In this document: one piece after another, positions 19,101 to 28,167 of the stretch
Layout of the letters: each line of letters starts with the position of its first letter
How positions within the stretch are numbered: position 1 is the first letter of the stretch
Source of the DNA: Eubacteriales bacterium
GTDB taxonomy: Bacteria > Bacillota > Clostridia > Oscillospirales > CAG-272
Length of the DNA stretch: 64,000 nt
NCBI GenBank assembly: GCA_045612185.1
Contig: JAZKYO010000100.1
Coordinates: 13,606 to 77,605, forward strand
Reading direction: 5' to 3'
Program-made: the position numbers and the translations under genes
The notes under the pieces: model-generated
What the model was told of the DNA's origin: nothing
Database searches by the model: none
The model's input: only the letters and a program-made list of their open reading frames with translations

Positions 19101-21499
19101 GCACACTTTACGGAAACGGTTTCACATACTCTCTTAACGGTGCGCCCACGGCATACAACTCCAAGCAGGGACACGGTATACTTATTACCAAAAACGCGAC
19201 CCTTGACAACCTTGTAATTGTCGGTGATGTATACAACTCCTACGGAGCTTATACAAATCAGGATTATTACAATTCCGCAGTTGACGTTGTAGGCGACACT
19301 GTAATTCAGAACTGCTATATCTCCGGTTGTTCTGCGCCTATATCCACCCGTGCAAATGCTACGATTACTAATACCACCTTGTACGGTGGAACAGTAGCTA
19401 ACTTGATTATCAAATCAGGCACCGTTACGTTGGAAGACGTAACTACAGCCAATTACGACGACGGCAGATCACTTGTAGGAATGGGTATTGTTATCCACTC
19501 CGAAGCGACAGAATCCGCAAAGCTTATTCTTAACGGAACGCTTACTCAGTACAACTTTATAAGCGAAAGCAAAGTTCCTACCGACACATACGCAAAAAAT
19601 TTGCATACCGCAATGTTTGGTAATTCCTGCAGTAAGTATCATTTTGGAACAAGTCCTAACCGTTACGTTAACGCCGGTATTATCTCTCTGACAGCTTTGT
19701 TTAACGAATATGACATCACGGACAACGCTAATACAGGATACGTAGGAAATGCTGTAACCGTAAGTGGAGTAAACGGCTACGTATATACACAGCCCAATAC
19801 AAGCGGCTCTGTAAACAACAACTGTCCCGAGTATAAGCCCACCACCCAAGGAGCGGTTTCGCCGAGCTATAGCTTTGACCACACTATAAATGAGGTGGCA
19901 AAAACCGATGGTAGCAATGACTATTGCTACGAGGAAAGCGGCACCGTATATATCTCAATGGACGAGGGCGATTCTTTCGATTGGAATACTTCCATTTTGA
20001 CAGTAACCAAGCTTGGCAACAAGCTCGATTATACGGTTACTATGAATGCCACCGACTATACGGGAAAAACTATTACCTTTAACACCGCCGGTGATTATAC
20101 GGTGACGTATACTTATACAGATGGATACAATAGCAAGCTTAATGAAAAAGGCGACGTTACAACTTACGAAATAACGTATACGAAAACCGTTGCAATCAAC
20201 GTATCTATTATCAAACCGACTACCAAGCACGCGGAGTTTACTTTTGGTAGCGCAGGAACAGCCTCCACTTCGACAACTGTTGGGAATAATACCTACATTA
20301 TGCCTAACGTTACCGCGACAAGCTCCACGGTTGGAAGCATAACGGTTAGTGGAACAACAATTTACTATCCTATTGTCAATGCGTATACGTCAGACGGCGC
20401 AACCGCACATTCTTCTTTGAATAGTTGGTATATGTGCTATCCTGTGTTCAAAAACGTTATTTCGATTACAGATTATGAAAGTGCAGGAACAGGAAACGCC
20501 GTCACATATGGCAGTTCTACCACGACTATGCCCAGCGGCTTGTCGTTGACAGCGTATTCTAATTATTTCTCGCAGACAACGGCTCCCAGTGGTGCGGTAA
20601 GCTTTACTTCGGGTGGTGCGGATATCGCTTTTAAGTATCAGGCAAGTAACAGCGCGTCAAGCACACCGACAACGCTGAGTAACGTTTTGATATATGCTTC
20701 TCCTACATTAAGCAACAACGCACGTAACGAGATGTATCTGTTGGTACAGTACAAATATCAGGACAATGCCGGCGCGACTTACTATTACTATGTGGGATAT
20801 CATATGCCACAGACAACGGTGAAAAACGTATGCGTAACCCCCGATACACCTGTAACACTCGCTGACGGAAGCCAAAAGCGCATCGACCAAGTGACATATG
20901 AAGATCAACTTCTGGTTTGGGATTTCTTCAACGGCGAATATACCGTTGTTCCTTCCGCTATCATTTTCGATCACGGATATGATAATCGCAGAGTTCTGAA
21001 CTTGAATTTTGAGAATGGTATCACAGTTAAAGTTATTACAAATCACGGATTTTATCATGCACAAAGCGATTCGTTCGTATTCATTGACGAGGAGAACGTT
21101 GAATCGTATATCGGTTCAGACTTTGTGAGAATGAGCGGAGACAGTTACGATACGGTTAAGCTTATTGGATATTCTGTAACAGAAGAATATACCGGCGCAT
21201 ATTCGATACAGACTGCGTTGCATAACAACTTTATGGTTGAAGGAATGTTCTCGATCACTGAGCCGGAATTTGACGGCTGGTTCGACTACTTCGTAATCGG
21301 TGAGGGAATGAAGTATGACGAGGAAAAAATGCAGGCTGATATTGAAAAGTACGGCTTATACACCTATGAGGAATTTGCCGAGTATGTAACTTATGAACAA
21401 TTCATCGCATTTAACGGACCGTACTTGAAGGTATTGGTAGGTAGAGGCGTTGTTACTTATGAGCAGATTCTCGCACTCATTGATGCCTACGTAAATTAA
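16175..21499 (+). CDS. Large SipW-dependent subunit/adhesin (1774 aa) with GLUG-like/beta-helix region and C-terminal Hint domain
   Basis: TTYAWFTDS, WEPG, GTGTEDDPYII, FQGTFDGNGHTISN; Hint motifs CVTPDTPVTLADG, ITNHGF and AYSIQTALHNNFMVEG. Confidence 0.82.
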   Translation: MKNTRKSLFCSIIALLLCFSMLLGTTYAWFTDSVTSVNNIIKAGNLDIAMYWNEDLTGSWKNIENENKLFDYDKWEPGYTEVRYVKIVNEGNLAFRYAMSVLPLGEVGILANVIDVYYVENPTAPIGDRTQLTAPVGTLAQVIAGEFVTSGKMENKGDELIVGIALKMREDAGNEYQGKSVGDAFSIQIVATQLAHENDSFDNTYDENATFPDAPVNEGVTAPVENENGLAKNDVALNGTNASATVPAGTKLEDGASKLTLTVTELNESGANIALGENDETKSLDVHIDGVAATNDKPIVISLGAIAPIGQNSGNFKLYHVENGQSNQMTAVASVAELVAHNQFYYDPATGEVTVAMATFSEVALVADTVNAWEGVVATAFARGTGTEDDPYIIANADQFVYLGDLISNYNENYGDKYYKLVADINLGGEENANEGHIFYPIGYHKVGGEIAPADLDDAPVFDYFDDAGEDYAVSHVSAIADNGTTWYTYGGAFQGTFDGNGHTISNIYQNTWQLKGNYSGNYWNAAMGLFGYVNGGTVKNLTVDNFSSDGEFTPTGVIAAYAVNSTFENIAITNCNPRVYNTGNGGIVGIGGNSSDPDTYALTFTNITIDNTNKISALWGSWDVACGGLVGMFRGAGQVYMTNCHVAAQIDVFNDVCGNYQYYWYRYSGMMIGTNKNMITDTNGYTVPETSKFHAENCTVHFGDWNDYYYCELVANSLASYTHDHQFSRLTQIQNVSEIQDANGNWITTGNYILMNGKTPTETCYHIVNQNGTLTQHLHTDAGEETVNGETVLKENNQRVYLPFNQLFTGYGWGVKHIPVYNGEDYAFDGITILDREVADSVKKFETKFTGDFLYRIGNQNTVSLGSLFKEIDNVKPSVTDSGVWVTVEAIDENSNVSGVFTKDTDTWTNGTLKFSGTGVVKVTIQDYNYCKPTVLYLEVVDATNLTSATGTITGGTFVLLCDVNTSTYVNYWDCTLYGNGFTYSLNGAPTAYNSKQGHGILITKNATLDNLVIVGDVYNSYGAYTNQDYYNSAVDVVGDTVIQNCYISGCSAPISTRANATITNTTLYGGTVANLIIKSGTVTLEDVTTANYDDGRSLVGMGIVIHSEATESAKLILNGTLTQYNFISESKVPTDTYAKNLHTAMFGNSCSKYHFGTSPNRYVNAGIISLTALFNEYDITDNANTGYVGNAVTVSGVNGYVYTQPNTSGSVNNNCPEYKPTTQGAVSPSYSFDHTINEVAKTDGSNDYCYEESGTVYISMDEGDSFDWNTSILTVTKLGNKLDYTVTMNATDYTGKTITFNTAGDYTVTYTYTDGYNSKLNEKGDVTTYEITYTKTVAINVSIIKPTTKHAEFTFGSAGTASTSTTVGNNTYIMPNVTATSSTVGSITVSGTTIYYPIVNAYTSDGATAHSSLNSWYMCYPVFKNVISITDYESAGTGNAVTYGSSTTTMPSGLSLTAYSNYFSQTTAPSGAVSFTSGGADIAFKYQASNSASSTPTTLSNVLIYASPTLSNNARNEMYLLVQYKYQDNAGATYYYYVGYHMPQTTVKNVCVTPDTPVTLADGSQKRIDQVTYEDQLLVWDFFNGEYTVVPSAIIFDHGYDNRRVLNLNFENGITVKVITNHGFYHAQSDSFVFIDEENVESYIGSDFVRMSGDSYDTVKLIGYSVTEEYTGAYSIQTALHNNFMVEGMFSITEPEFDGWFDYFVIGEGMKYDEEKMQADIEKYGLYTYEEFAEYVTYEQFIAFNGPYLKVLVGRGVVTYEQILALIDAYVN

Positions 21500-21611
21500 A
21501 AAAACTCCCCGCCGCCTTCAGGTGGGAAAATCAAAGGGTGCAAAAAGAGATTTGAACCTTTTGAACACTAAAAATATTAACTCATGTAGATACTCGAAAG
21601 GAGGAAACGCT

Positions 21612-22424
21612 TTGGAAAAACAGAATAAATTTGAAAAGCTTACTGACAAGGCGTTTTCTCGCTTGATAGTCACTTCGATGCTTGGAATATTTATTTCCAT
21701 CATATCGCTTTGCTCGGTAACGTGGGCGTGGTTCAGTCAGGATATTACTGTTCCGTCCAACACTATAAAGGCAGGTTATTACGAGGCTAACCTTTCGGTA
21801 GCTAACGTGACCTATTCAACGTCAGTAACCGCTGACAACAAAACCGTTACCGTGCAAAACGAGTCACCGATAGACGCTGACACCTCTGTTCAAGGCTTTT
21901 ACAGGTATATGTTTGACGGAAATTCAGTATACAAGGTTAACATTCCCTACACTGCCAACGGCAGCAACGGATACTGCAAAATCCATATAGAGGGCTTGAC
22001 TGCGCCGTTATTTGCAAACATTTCGTCAAACGACAGCGAGTTTGATTTCTTGATTAAGCTATCAAGCGCAGCTGAGGTTCGCTTTGAGCTTCGTTGGGGT
22101 ACACACAGCGGAGAAAACGCTGTTGCTGACGGTGAGTTGCTGGAAGTTACCATTCCGGGCGACCAAGCCGAGAAACCGGCTGAAGAGCCACAACCCGTAG
22201 AGACTGAGCCCGTTGAAACTCAGCCTGTCGAGACTGAGCCCGTCGAAACCGAGCCAGTTGAGACTCAGCCTGTTGAAACCGAGCCCGTTGAGACCGAGCC
22301 TGTTGAAACTCAGCCTGTCGAGACCGAGCCTGTTGAAACCGAGCCCGTCGAGACCGAGCCCGTCGAGACCGAGCCTGTTGAAATTAACAACGACGCTTCG
22401 GAAGCTTCAGAAACAAACGAATAA
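21612..22424 (+). CDS. SipW-class protein with acidic PVET(E/Q) repeat tail
   Basis: VTWAWFS signal motif, NTIKAG; AAAGGAGG RBS before TTG 21612. Confidence 0.75.
   Translation: MEKQNKFEKLTDKAFSRLIVTSMLGIFISIISLCSVTWAWFSQDITVPSNTIKAGYYEANLSVANVTYSTSVTADNKTVTVQNESPIDADTSVQGFYRYMFDGNSVYKVNIPYTANGSNGYCKIHIEGLTAPLFANISSNDSEFDFLIKLSSAAEVRFELRWGTHSGENAVADGELLEVTIPGDQAEKPAEEPQPVETEPVETQPVETEPVETEPVETQPVETEPVETEPVETQPVETEPVETEPVETEPVETEPVEINNDASEASETNE
22194..22382 (+). repeat. Coding tandem repeat, ~12.6 x 15 bp ([10 protein letters not shown])
   Basis: Repeat units read directly. Confidence 0.95.
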
Positions 22425-22433
22425 TACAATGCA

Positions 22434-22471
22434 AAAGGCGAAGGAGATTTTTCCTTCGCCTTTACTTATTT
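22434..22471 (+). terminator. Terminator of the fibre operon
   Basis: AAAGGCGAAGGA-GATTTT-TCCTTCGCCTTT hairpin. Confidence 0.75.
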
Positions 22472-22542
22472 GGTTAAAATCTCGACACTTTGCCGAGACG
22501 GTACAAAAACAAAAAAGCATAGCGCTTTCTTCTTTTTCTTCT

Positions 22543-22846
22543 CGCGCGTGCCCTCCCCAGTCGCATAGTCGCAGTGTGTCGCTCGGGGACTCGCATAAAA
22601 CAGATAAAGCCGAATGAGATTGACTCTTTCTTTTTATTTCTGCCCGCGCGTTGCCCTCCCCAGTCGCATAGTCGCCGCGCGTCGCTCGGGGACTCGCTTC
22701 CTTCGGCTCCTTGCTTTGAGGGGTATCGCTTCGCCAAAACGCCACCCGTGGCGGTTTAGCTTGCTCACCCTACCACCCCGCTTGGGGTGGCATAATGACC
22801 GCACGTTCGAGCAGAATCGCATAAAACAGATAAAGACGAATGAGAT
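22543..22846. repeat. Intergenic GC-rich REP-like repeat cluster
   Basis: ~52-bp unit at 22543-22594 and 22645-22697; 30-bp unit at 22591-22620 and 22817-22846. Confidence 0.7.
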
Positions 22847-22865
22847 AAACTCATTCGGCTTTATC

Positions 22866-22941
22866 TGGTCTAAGTGACACGACTTGAACGTGCGGCCTCT
22901 ACCACCCCAAGGTAGCGCTCTCCCAACTGAGCTACACCTAG
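22866..22941 (-). tRNA. tRNA-Pro (GGG)
   Basis: 76-nt cloverleaf CTAGGTG...CACTTAG-ACCA; anticodon arm CTACC-TTGGGGT-GGTAG; TTCAA T-loop. Confidence 0.95.
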
Positions 22942-22960
22942 ATGTCTTAACGACTTGGAT

Positions 22961-22989
22961 ATTATACCACAACTATGAGAGAAAGTCAA
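22961..22989 (-). promoter_or_regulatory. Sigma-A promoter of tRNA-Pro
   Basis: TTGACT-17-TATAAT with TG extension. Confidence 0.85.
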
Positions 22990-23191
22990 GTGTTTTTTGG
23001 AATTTTTTTAAAAGTTTTTTGTGTTTTTTTGTCGAAAAATTTATTTTGATTTGTCAATCGGCAAAGTGTACAAAATACCCCCCGTTTTAGTGGATATTTT
23101 TCTATGCTATGTAATTTTAACCAAACTTTTCGCTAAAAAAACGTCACTTTTAACAATTTACAAATCGACAAATATGTGGTACAATGTTAAT

Positions 23192-23377
23192 CGTGGAAAT
23201 CAGGCATGGGCCAACAGCCTGCTTTGCCAAAATAAGAGCACAACGTTTTTCTCCGTAATTTGCGAGGTATCAAGCTTATGATATTGGGAACGCTTATACG
23301 GCACACGTTGTGTTTTTTATTTTTTATTATCAGGGCAGACATTTACAGAACTAACCTACTAAGGTTGGTTCTTTTTT
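23192..23377 (+). ncRNA. Candidate ~185-nt structured small RNA (6S-like size)
   Basis: Own promoter TTTACA-17-TACAAT (23157-23185), long imperfect hairpin, terminator at 23347-23377, no ORF with an RBS. Confidence 0.5.
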
Positions 23378-23519
23378 ATTCCCTTGACCCGATATTTACG
23401 GATATTTAATAATAAATTGTAAAAATTCGAAAAAGATATAGCAATTTGGAAAAGTTTGTGGTATAATATATTCTGTATATTTATATTTACGAAGAAAATT
23501 TTCCCGAAAGGTTTTAAAT

Positions 23520-25946
23520 ATGAGCAATTACAACAACTACATAGAAAAAGCCGAAAATCTTACACTTCCCGTTGTCGTTCTCAACGGAACGGTTGCGTTT
23601 CCTTCGGTTAACCTTAACTTTGAGATAAGCGAGAAAGCCTCTATTGCGGCGGCGCAGGCAGCCCTTGAGAGCAACTCCTTCATTCTACTCATAGCCAACG
23701 AAAAAAGCCCTCTCCCCTACGAGTCATTTGACGATCTTTACAAGGTAGGATGCGTGGCGAAAATAAAACAGTCTTTAAAGACGCCCGACAAGCACCTCAG
23801 ACTTATCGTTGAGGGCTATTCGCGCGCCACGGTAACCAAGTACAGTCAATTTGCCGAATACGTTATGGCTGATGCAATATGCAAAACCATACATCTAAAG
23901 GAGGACGGTGGCTTCCGCGGAGAAGCTCTTATAAGAGAAGGCATTTCCGCGATTGAAAGCATTATAAAATTCCTTCCCTCCTCCAGCTCCGACATGCTTA
24001 TGACAGCAAAGTCCATCAAGAACCCCGGACTTTTTGCTGACTTTGTGGCTTCTCATTTCCTTGTAAAATTCGGAGACAAGCAGACTGTTCTCGAATGCTT
24101 TGAGCCCATTGAACGCCTTGAGTGTCTTATCGTTTTACTTGAGCAGGAGCTTGACCTTCTCAACTGCGAGTTCGACATTCACAGACAAGTCAGAGAGGCA
24201 CTTAACAGACATCAGCAGGAGTACTATCTAAGAGAGCAAATCAAGGTTATAAGAGAAAAGCTCGGCGACGATTCGGAATCCGAATGCGAGGAATACGAGG
24301 AAAAAATCCACGCAGCGGGACTTCCCGTGGAGCTTGAAGAAAAGCTTCTCAAGGAAAACGCACGCATTGCCAAAATGCCCTTTGGCACGTCGGAGGGGGC
24401 GCTTTTAAGGAACTATATAGACGTTTGCCTTGAGCTTCCTTGGAACAAACGCTCCGCTGATTGCGTAAACATTGCCAAGGCCAAAAAGATACTTGACGCA
24501 GACCACGACGGACTTGAAAAGGTTAAGGAGCGAATCCTTGAATACCTTGCGGTAAAGCAGCTTTCGCCCGACCTTAAAAACCAGATAATCTGTCTTGTTG
24601 GCCCTCCCGGTGTGGGTAAAACCTCTATCGCGGCTTCTATCGCGCGTGCCATGAACCGCAAGTACGTTCGCGTATCGCTTGGCGGTGTCCGCGATGAGGC
24701 TGATATCAGAGGCCACAGAAAAACCTACATCGGCGCTATGCCCGGCAGAATAATCAACGCTCTCACCGAGGCAAAGGTGTCTAATCCCCTGATACTTCTT
24801 GACGAAATAGACAAGCTTACGAGAGACGCTCACGGAGACCCCTCGTCGGCGCTTCTTGAGGTGCTTGATGCCGAACAAAACAAGAATTTCCGAGACCATT
24901 TCGTGGAATATCCCTTTGACCTTTCCGAATGTCTCTTTATCGCGACAGCAAACAGCTACGAGGGTATTCCCCGTCCGCTGCTTGACAGAATGGAAGTTAT
25001 CGAGCTGAAAATATACACCAAGCGCGAAAAGCTGAACATTGCCAAAAACCATCTTATCCCCAAGCAGCTTAAGCGTCACGGACTCTCAAAACGCGCGTTT
25101 AAAATCAGTGACGACGCCATTTGCGAGATAATTGATTTCTATACCCGGGAGGCGGGCGTCAGAAACTTGGAGCGCACCGTTGCCGAGCTTTGCAGAAAAG
25201 CGGCTAAAAAGATTGTTGAAGAAGGTGTAAAGAGCGTTAGCGTAAGTACCCTAAATCTCGACAGCTTTTTGGGTGCTCGCAAGCTGCTTCCCGAAAATAT
25301 TTCGGCAGAGGACGAAGTTGGCGTTGTAAACGGTCTTGCCTACACTGAGCTTGGCGGCTCAATGCTTAAAATAGAAGTAGCTGTTCTTGACGGTACGGGC
25401 AAGATTGAGATAACAGGCTCGCTTGGCGAAGTTATGCAGGAGTCGGCAAAAATTGCCGTAAGCTACGTCCGCTCCATAGCCAAGGAATACGGTATTGACA
25501 GCGATTTCTACAAAACCAAGGACATACATATTCACGCGCCCGAGGGGGCCGTTCCCAAGGACGGACCGTCGGCAGGCGTTACCATCACAACCGCACTTGT
25601 AAGTGCGCTTACAGGGCGTCCCGTGCGCCGAGACGTGGCAATGACGGGTGAGATAACTCTTCGCGGAAACGTGCTTGCCATAGGCGGACTCAAAGAGAAA
25701 ACTATGGCGGCTTATAATGCGGGTGTAAAGTGTGTACTTATCCCGAGCGACAACTTGAAGGACCTTGAGGAGATAGATCCGCTTGCAAAGGACAATCTTG
25801 AATTTATCCCATGCAGAAAAATCTCGACGGTGCTTGAAACGGCGCTTTGCACCCTTTCCACCGACCAAGAGATGCGTTTAGGCGACGAAAAGCTTCCCGA
25901 AATTTCGGGCAAAATAGGAATAGGCGCAAGCGCGTCCTCAAAATAA
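23520..25946 (+). CDS. lon: ATP-dependent protease La
   Basis: GPPGVGKTS Walker [22 protein letters not shown] catalytic Ser, IGGLKEK. Confidence 0.97.
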   Translation: MSNYNNYIEKAENLTLPVVVLNGTVAFPSVNLNFEISEKASIAAAQAALESNSFILLIANEKSPLPYESFDDLYKVGCVAKIKQSLKTPDKHLRLIVEGYSRATVTKYSQFAEYVMADAICKTIHLKEDGGFRGEALIREGISAIESIIKFLPSSSSDMLMTAKSIKNPGLFADFVASHFLVKFGDKQTVLECFEPIERLECLIVLLEQELDLLNCEFDIHRQVREALNRHQQEYYLREQIKVIREKLGDDSESECEEYEEKIHAAGLPVELEEKLLKENARIAKMPFGTSEGALLRNYIDVCLELPWNKRSADCVNIAKAKKILDADHDGLEKVKERILEYLAVKQLSPDLKNQIICLVGPPGVGKTSIAASIARAMNRKYVRVSLGGVRDEADIRGHRKTYIGAMPGRIINALTEAKVSNPLILLDEIDKLTRDAHGDPSSALLEVLDAEQNKNFRDHFVEYPFDLSECLFIATANSYEGIPRPLLDRMEVIELKIYTKREKLNIAKNHLIPKQLKRHGLSKRAFKISDDAICEIIDFYTREAGVRNLERTVAELCRKAAKKIVEEGVKSVSVSTLNLDSFLGARKLLPENISAEDEVGVVNGLAYTELGGSMLKIEVAVLDGTGKIEITGSLGEVMQESAKIAVSYVRSIAKEYGIDSDFYKTKDIHIHAPEGAVPKDGPSAGVTITTALVSALTGRPVRRDVAMTGEITLRGNVLAIGGLKEKTMAAYNAGVKCVLIPSDNLKDLEEIDPLAKDNLEFIPCRKISTVLETALCTLSTDQEMRLGDEKLPEISGKIGIGASASSK

Positions 25947-25967
25947 CACGCAAGAAAGGAGCTTTGT

Positions 25968-26576
25968 ATGGCATTAAATCTTCAGAACGTAAATCTTCGG
26001 ATAAGTGCGGGTACAGCTAAGCAGTTTCCCACTGACGCTATTCCGCAGGTAGCGCTTTCGGGACGCTCAAACGTCGGAAAAAGCTCACTGATAAATAATT
26101 TGCTCAACAGAAAAAGTTTGGCGAGAGTAAGCTCGTCACCCGGAAAAACTATCACCATAAACTTCTACGACATCGACAAAAAGTTGTTTCTTGTAGACCT
26201 TCCGGGATACGGTTTTGCTAAGCGCACCTTCAGCGACAAGGAACAATGGTCAACTCTGACCGATGGCTATTTCACGCAGAACAAGAATATTGACCTGCTT
26301 GCCGTTGTGGTTCAGCTTATTGACAGCCGCGCTTGCATAACCAAGGACGACGAGATGATGCTTGAGTTTATGAACTCCGCTGAAATTCCTTATATAATAG
26401 TTGTAACCAAAACCGACAAGCTGAACGCTACAGAGCGAAAGGCTAACCTTGAAGCTATCGCCTCTCACCCCGCGGTTGCAGAGGGCACGCCTATAGTTCC
26501 CTATTCGTCCTTGAAAAACGAGGGCAGAAACGAGCTTTGGCGCGAGATTTCCAAATTTACCAATATCAAACCCTGA
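25968..26576 (+). CDS. engB: Ribosome biogenesis GTPase YihA/YsxC
   Basis: GRSNVGKSS, DLPGYG, TKTDK; follows lon. Confidence 0.95.
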   Translation: MALNLQNVNLRISAGTAKQFPTDAIPQVALSGRSNVGKSSLINNLLNRKSLARVSSSPGKTITINFYDIDKKLFLVDLPGYGFAKRTFSDKEQWSTLTDGYFTQNKNIDLLAVVVQLIDSRACITKDDEMMLEFMNSAEIPYIIVVTKTDKLNATERKANLEAIASHPAVAEGTPIVPYSSLKNEGRNELWREISKFTNIKP

Positions 26577-26595
26577 TTGAAAGGAGTGCCGCGTA

Positions 26596-27366
26596 ATGTT
26601 CAGTTTGAGCAACATAATGCTGTACCTGCTTTCGTTGCCGATAGTACTTATTGCGCTTTCGGTGCACGAGGCGTCTCACGGATACGCCGCCTACAAGTTG
26701 GGTGACCCCACCGCAAAGAACCTTGGCAGGCTTACCCTTAACCCAATAAAGCACATTGAGCCATTCGGTTTTCTGTGCATGCTTATATTCCGCTTCGGTT
26801 GGGCAAAGCCCGTGCCGATTTCCACCAGACATTTCAAAAAGCCACGCAGAGATATGGCAATTACCGCCGCAGCGGGTCCCGTGTCAAACGTAGTTTTGTC
26901 CTTTGTTTTCGCAATTCTTCTGAGACTTCAGATGATATTAATGGAATCATTCTTTCAAAAGGATATTAACAACGTTCTTCTGTATTTCAGCGGTTACGCG
27001 GTTGATTTTTCGGCGGGCTTCAACATTATGGCGGCGCTTACCTATATTCTTTACATCGGCGTTGTGCTTAACATAAGCCTGGCCATTTTCAACCTTATTC
27101 CGATACCGCCCTTTGACGGATCGAGAATCGCTTATATTTTCCTGCCCGTAGACCTCTATTTCAGAGTTATGAGATACGAGCGCATCATTCAAGCCGTCGT
27201 GCTTGTACTTCTTATAGGCGTGCCCTTTTTCGGCGACCTTATAAGCAGCGCGACAAGCGGTCTCGCGTCGCTTATCCTCACAATTTTCGGTCTTAACGGC
27301 GACAACTCCGCAACCTACGGTCTTAACTATATTCTTTTCTACGTTTCCGCAGTTTTCTCATTTTAA
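26596..27366 (+). CDS. Site-2 protease family (M50) metalloprotease
   Basis: HEASH, AGPVSN, FNLIPIPPFDG. Confidence 0.92.
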   Translation: MFSLSNIMLYLLSLPIVLIALSVHEASHGYAAYKLGDPTAKNLGRLTLNPIKHIEPFGFLCMLIFRFGWAKPVPISTRHFKKPRRDMAITAAAGPVSNVVLSFVFAILLRLQMILMESFFQKDINNVLLYFSGYAVDFSAGFNIMAALTYILYIGVVLNISLAIFNLIPIPPFDGSRIAYIFLPVDLYFRVMRYERIIQAVVLVLLIGVPFFGDLISSATSGLASLILTIFGLNGDNSATYGLNYILFYVSAVFSF

Positions 27367-27384
27367 CTATGAAAGGCAATTCAA

Positions 27385-28167
27385 ATGGCTGAACTGACAT
27401 ATAAGCTTGAGCTTTTTGAGGGTCCGCTTGACCTTCTGCTCTCGCTTATCCACAAAAACAAAGTTAATATTGAAGATATCCCGATCGTCCTGATATTCGA
27501 CCAGTACATGGAGTATATCAACGAGGCGCAAAGACTTGACCTTGACCTTGCCAGCGAATTTATCGTTATGGCAAGCGAGCTTATGCTGATAAAAAGCAAG
27601 ATGCTTCTCCCACGCAACGAGGAGCTTGAGGAAGACCCCAGAAAACAGCTTGCCGATGCCCTTATCAAATATCAGCAGGCAAAGGCGGCGGCTTTGGTGC
27701 TAGCGCCTATGTACGTGGCTTACAGCGGACGTTTTGTAAAGGATACCGATGAAATTTCGGTAGACAAAACCTTTGTTGAGGACCAGGACGTGGAGCAACT
27801 CTGTCTTGCGGCACGCCGTATTATGGACTACAACGCTCTTGCCGAAAAGGCAAAAAGCAAAGAACCGTTTACTCCCATGATAAGCAAGCCTATCGTACCC
27901 GTTGAGATTAAAATAGAGGAAATCCTCTCCCACCTTGACGAGCATCACAGAGCTTCGCTTGAAACCTTGCTTATGAACTCGGTTTCGCTTCCCGATATGA
28001 TTGCGATATTTATAGGAGTTCTTGAGCTGATTAAAATAAAGAAGATTAATATCGTTGACAATGACGAAACAAGACAGGACAGTATGAGAATGATATTTGA
28101 GGTCAACGAGGACTACGTTCCCGAAGAGGCAAACGAAAAAGCAGAGGAGGCTGACACCGATGAGTGA
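27385..28167 (+). CDS. scpA: Segregation and condensation protein A
   Basis: FEGPLDLLLSLI, EFIVMASELMLIKSKMLLP. Confidence 0.95.
   Translation: MAELTYKLELFEGPLDLLLSLIHKNKVNIEDIPIVLIFDQYMEYINEAQRLDLDLASEFIVMASELMLIKSKMLLPRNEELEEDPRKQLADALIKYQQAKAAALVLAPMYVAYSGRFVKDTDEISVDKTFVEDQDVEQLCLAARRIMDYNALAEKAKSKEPFTPMISKPIVPVEIKIEEILSHLDEHHRASLETLLMNSVSLPDMIAIFIGVLELIKIKKINIVDNDETRQDSMRMIFEVNEDYVPEEANEKAEEADTDE

Noticed and set aside
20831-21253. Canonical protein-splicing intein
   Set aside because: No terminal His-Asn plus nucleophile, no homing endonuclease, and not inserted in a conserved host motif; reported as a Hint autoprocessing domain instead
7305-22424. Integron or shufflon (tyrosine recombinase plus gene array with repeated hairpins)
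   Set aside because: The recombinase shows no IntI-specific insertion, the hairpins lack complementary RYYYAAC/GTTRRRY ends, and I saw no copy of the recombination core within the array
22407-23281. Several short ORFs in the track around tRNA-Pro
   Set aside because: They overlap the tRNA, repeats and promoters, and have no RBS or protein-like composition
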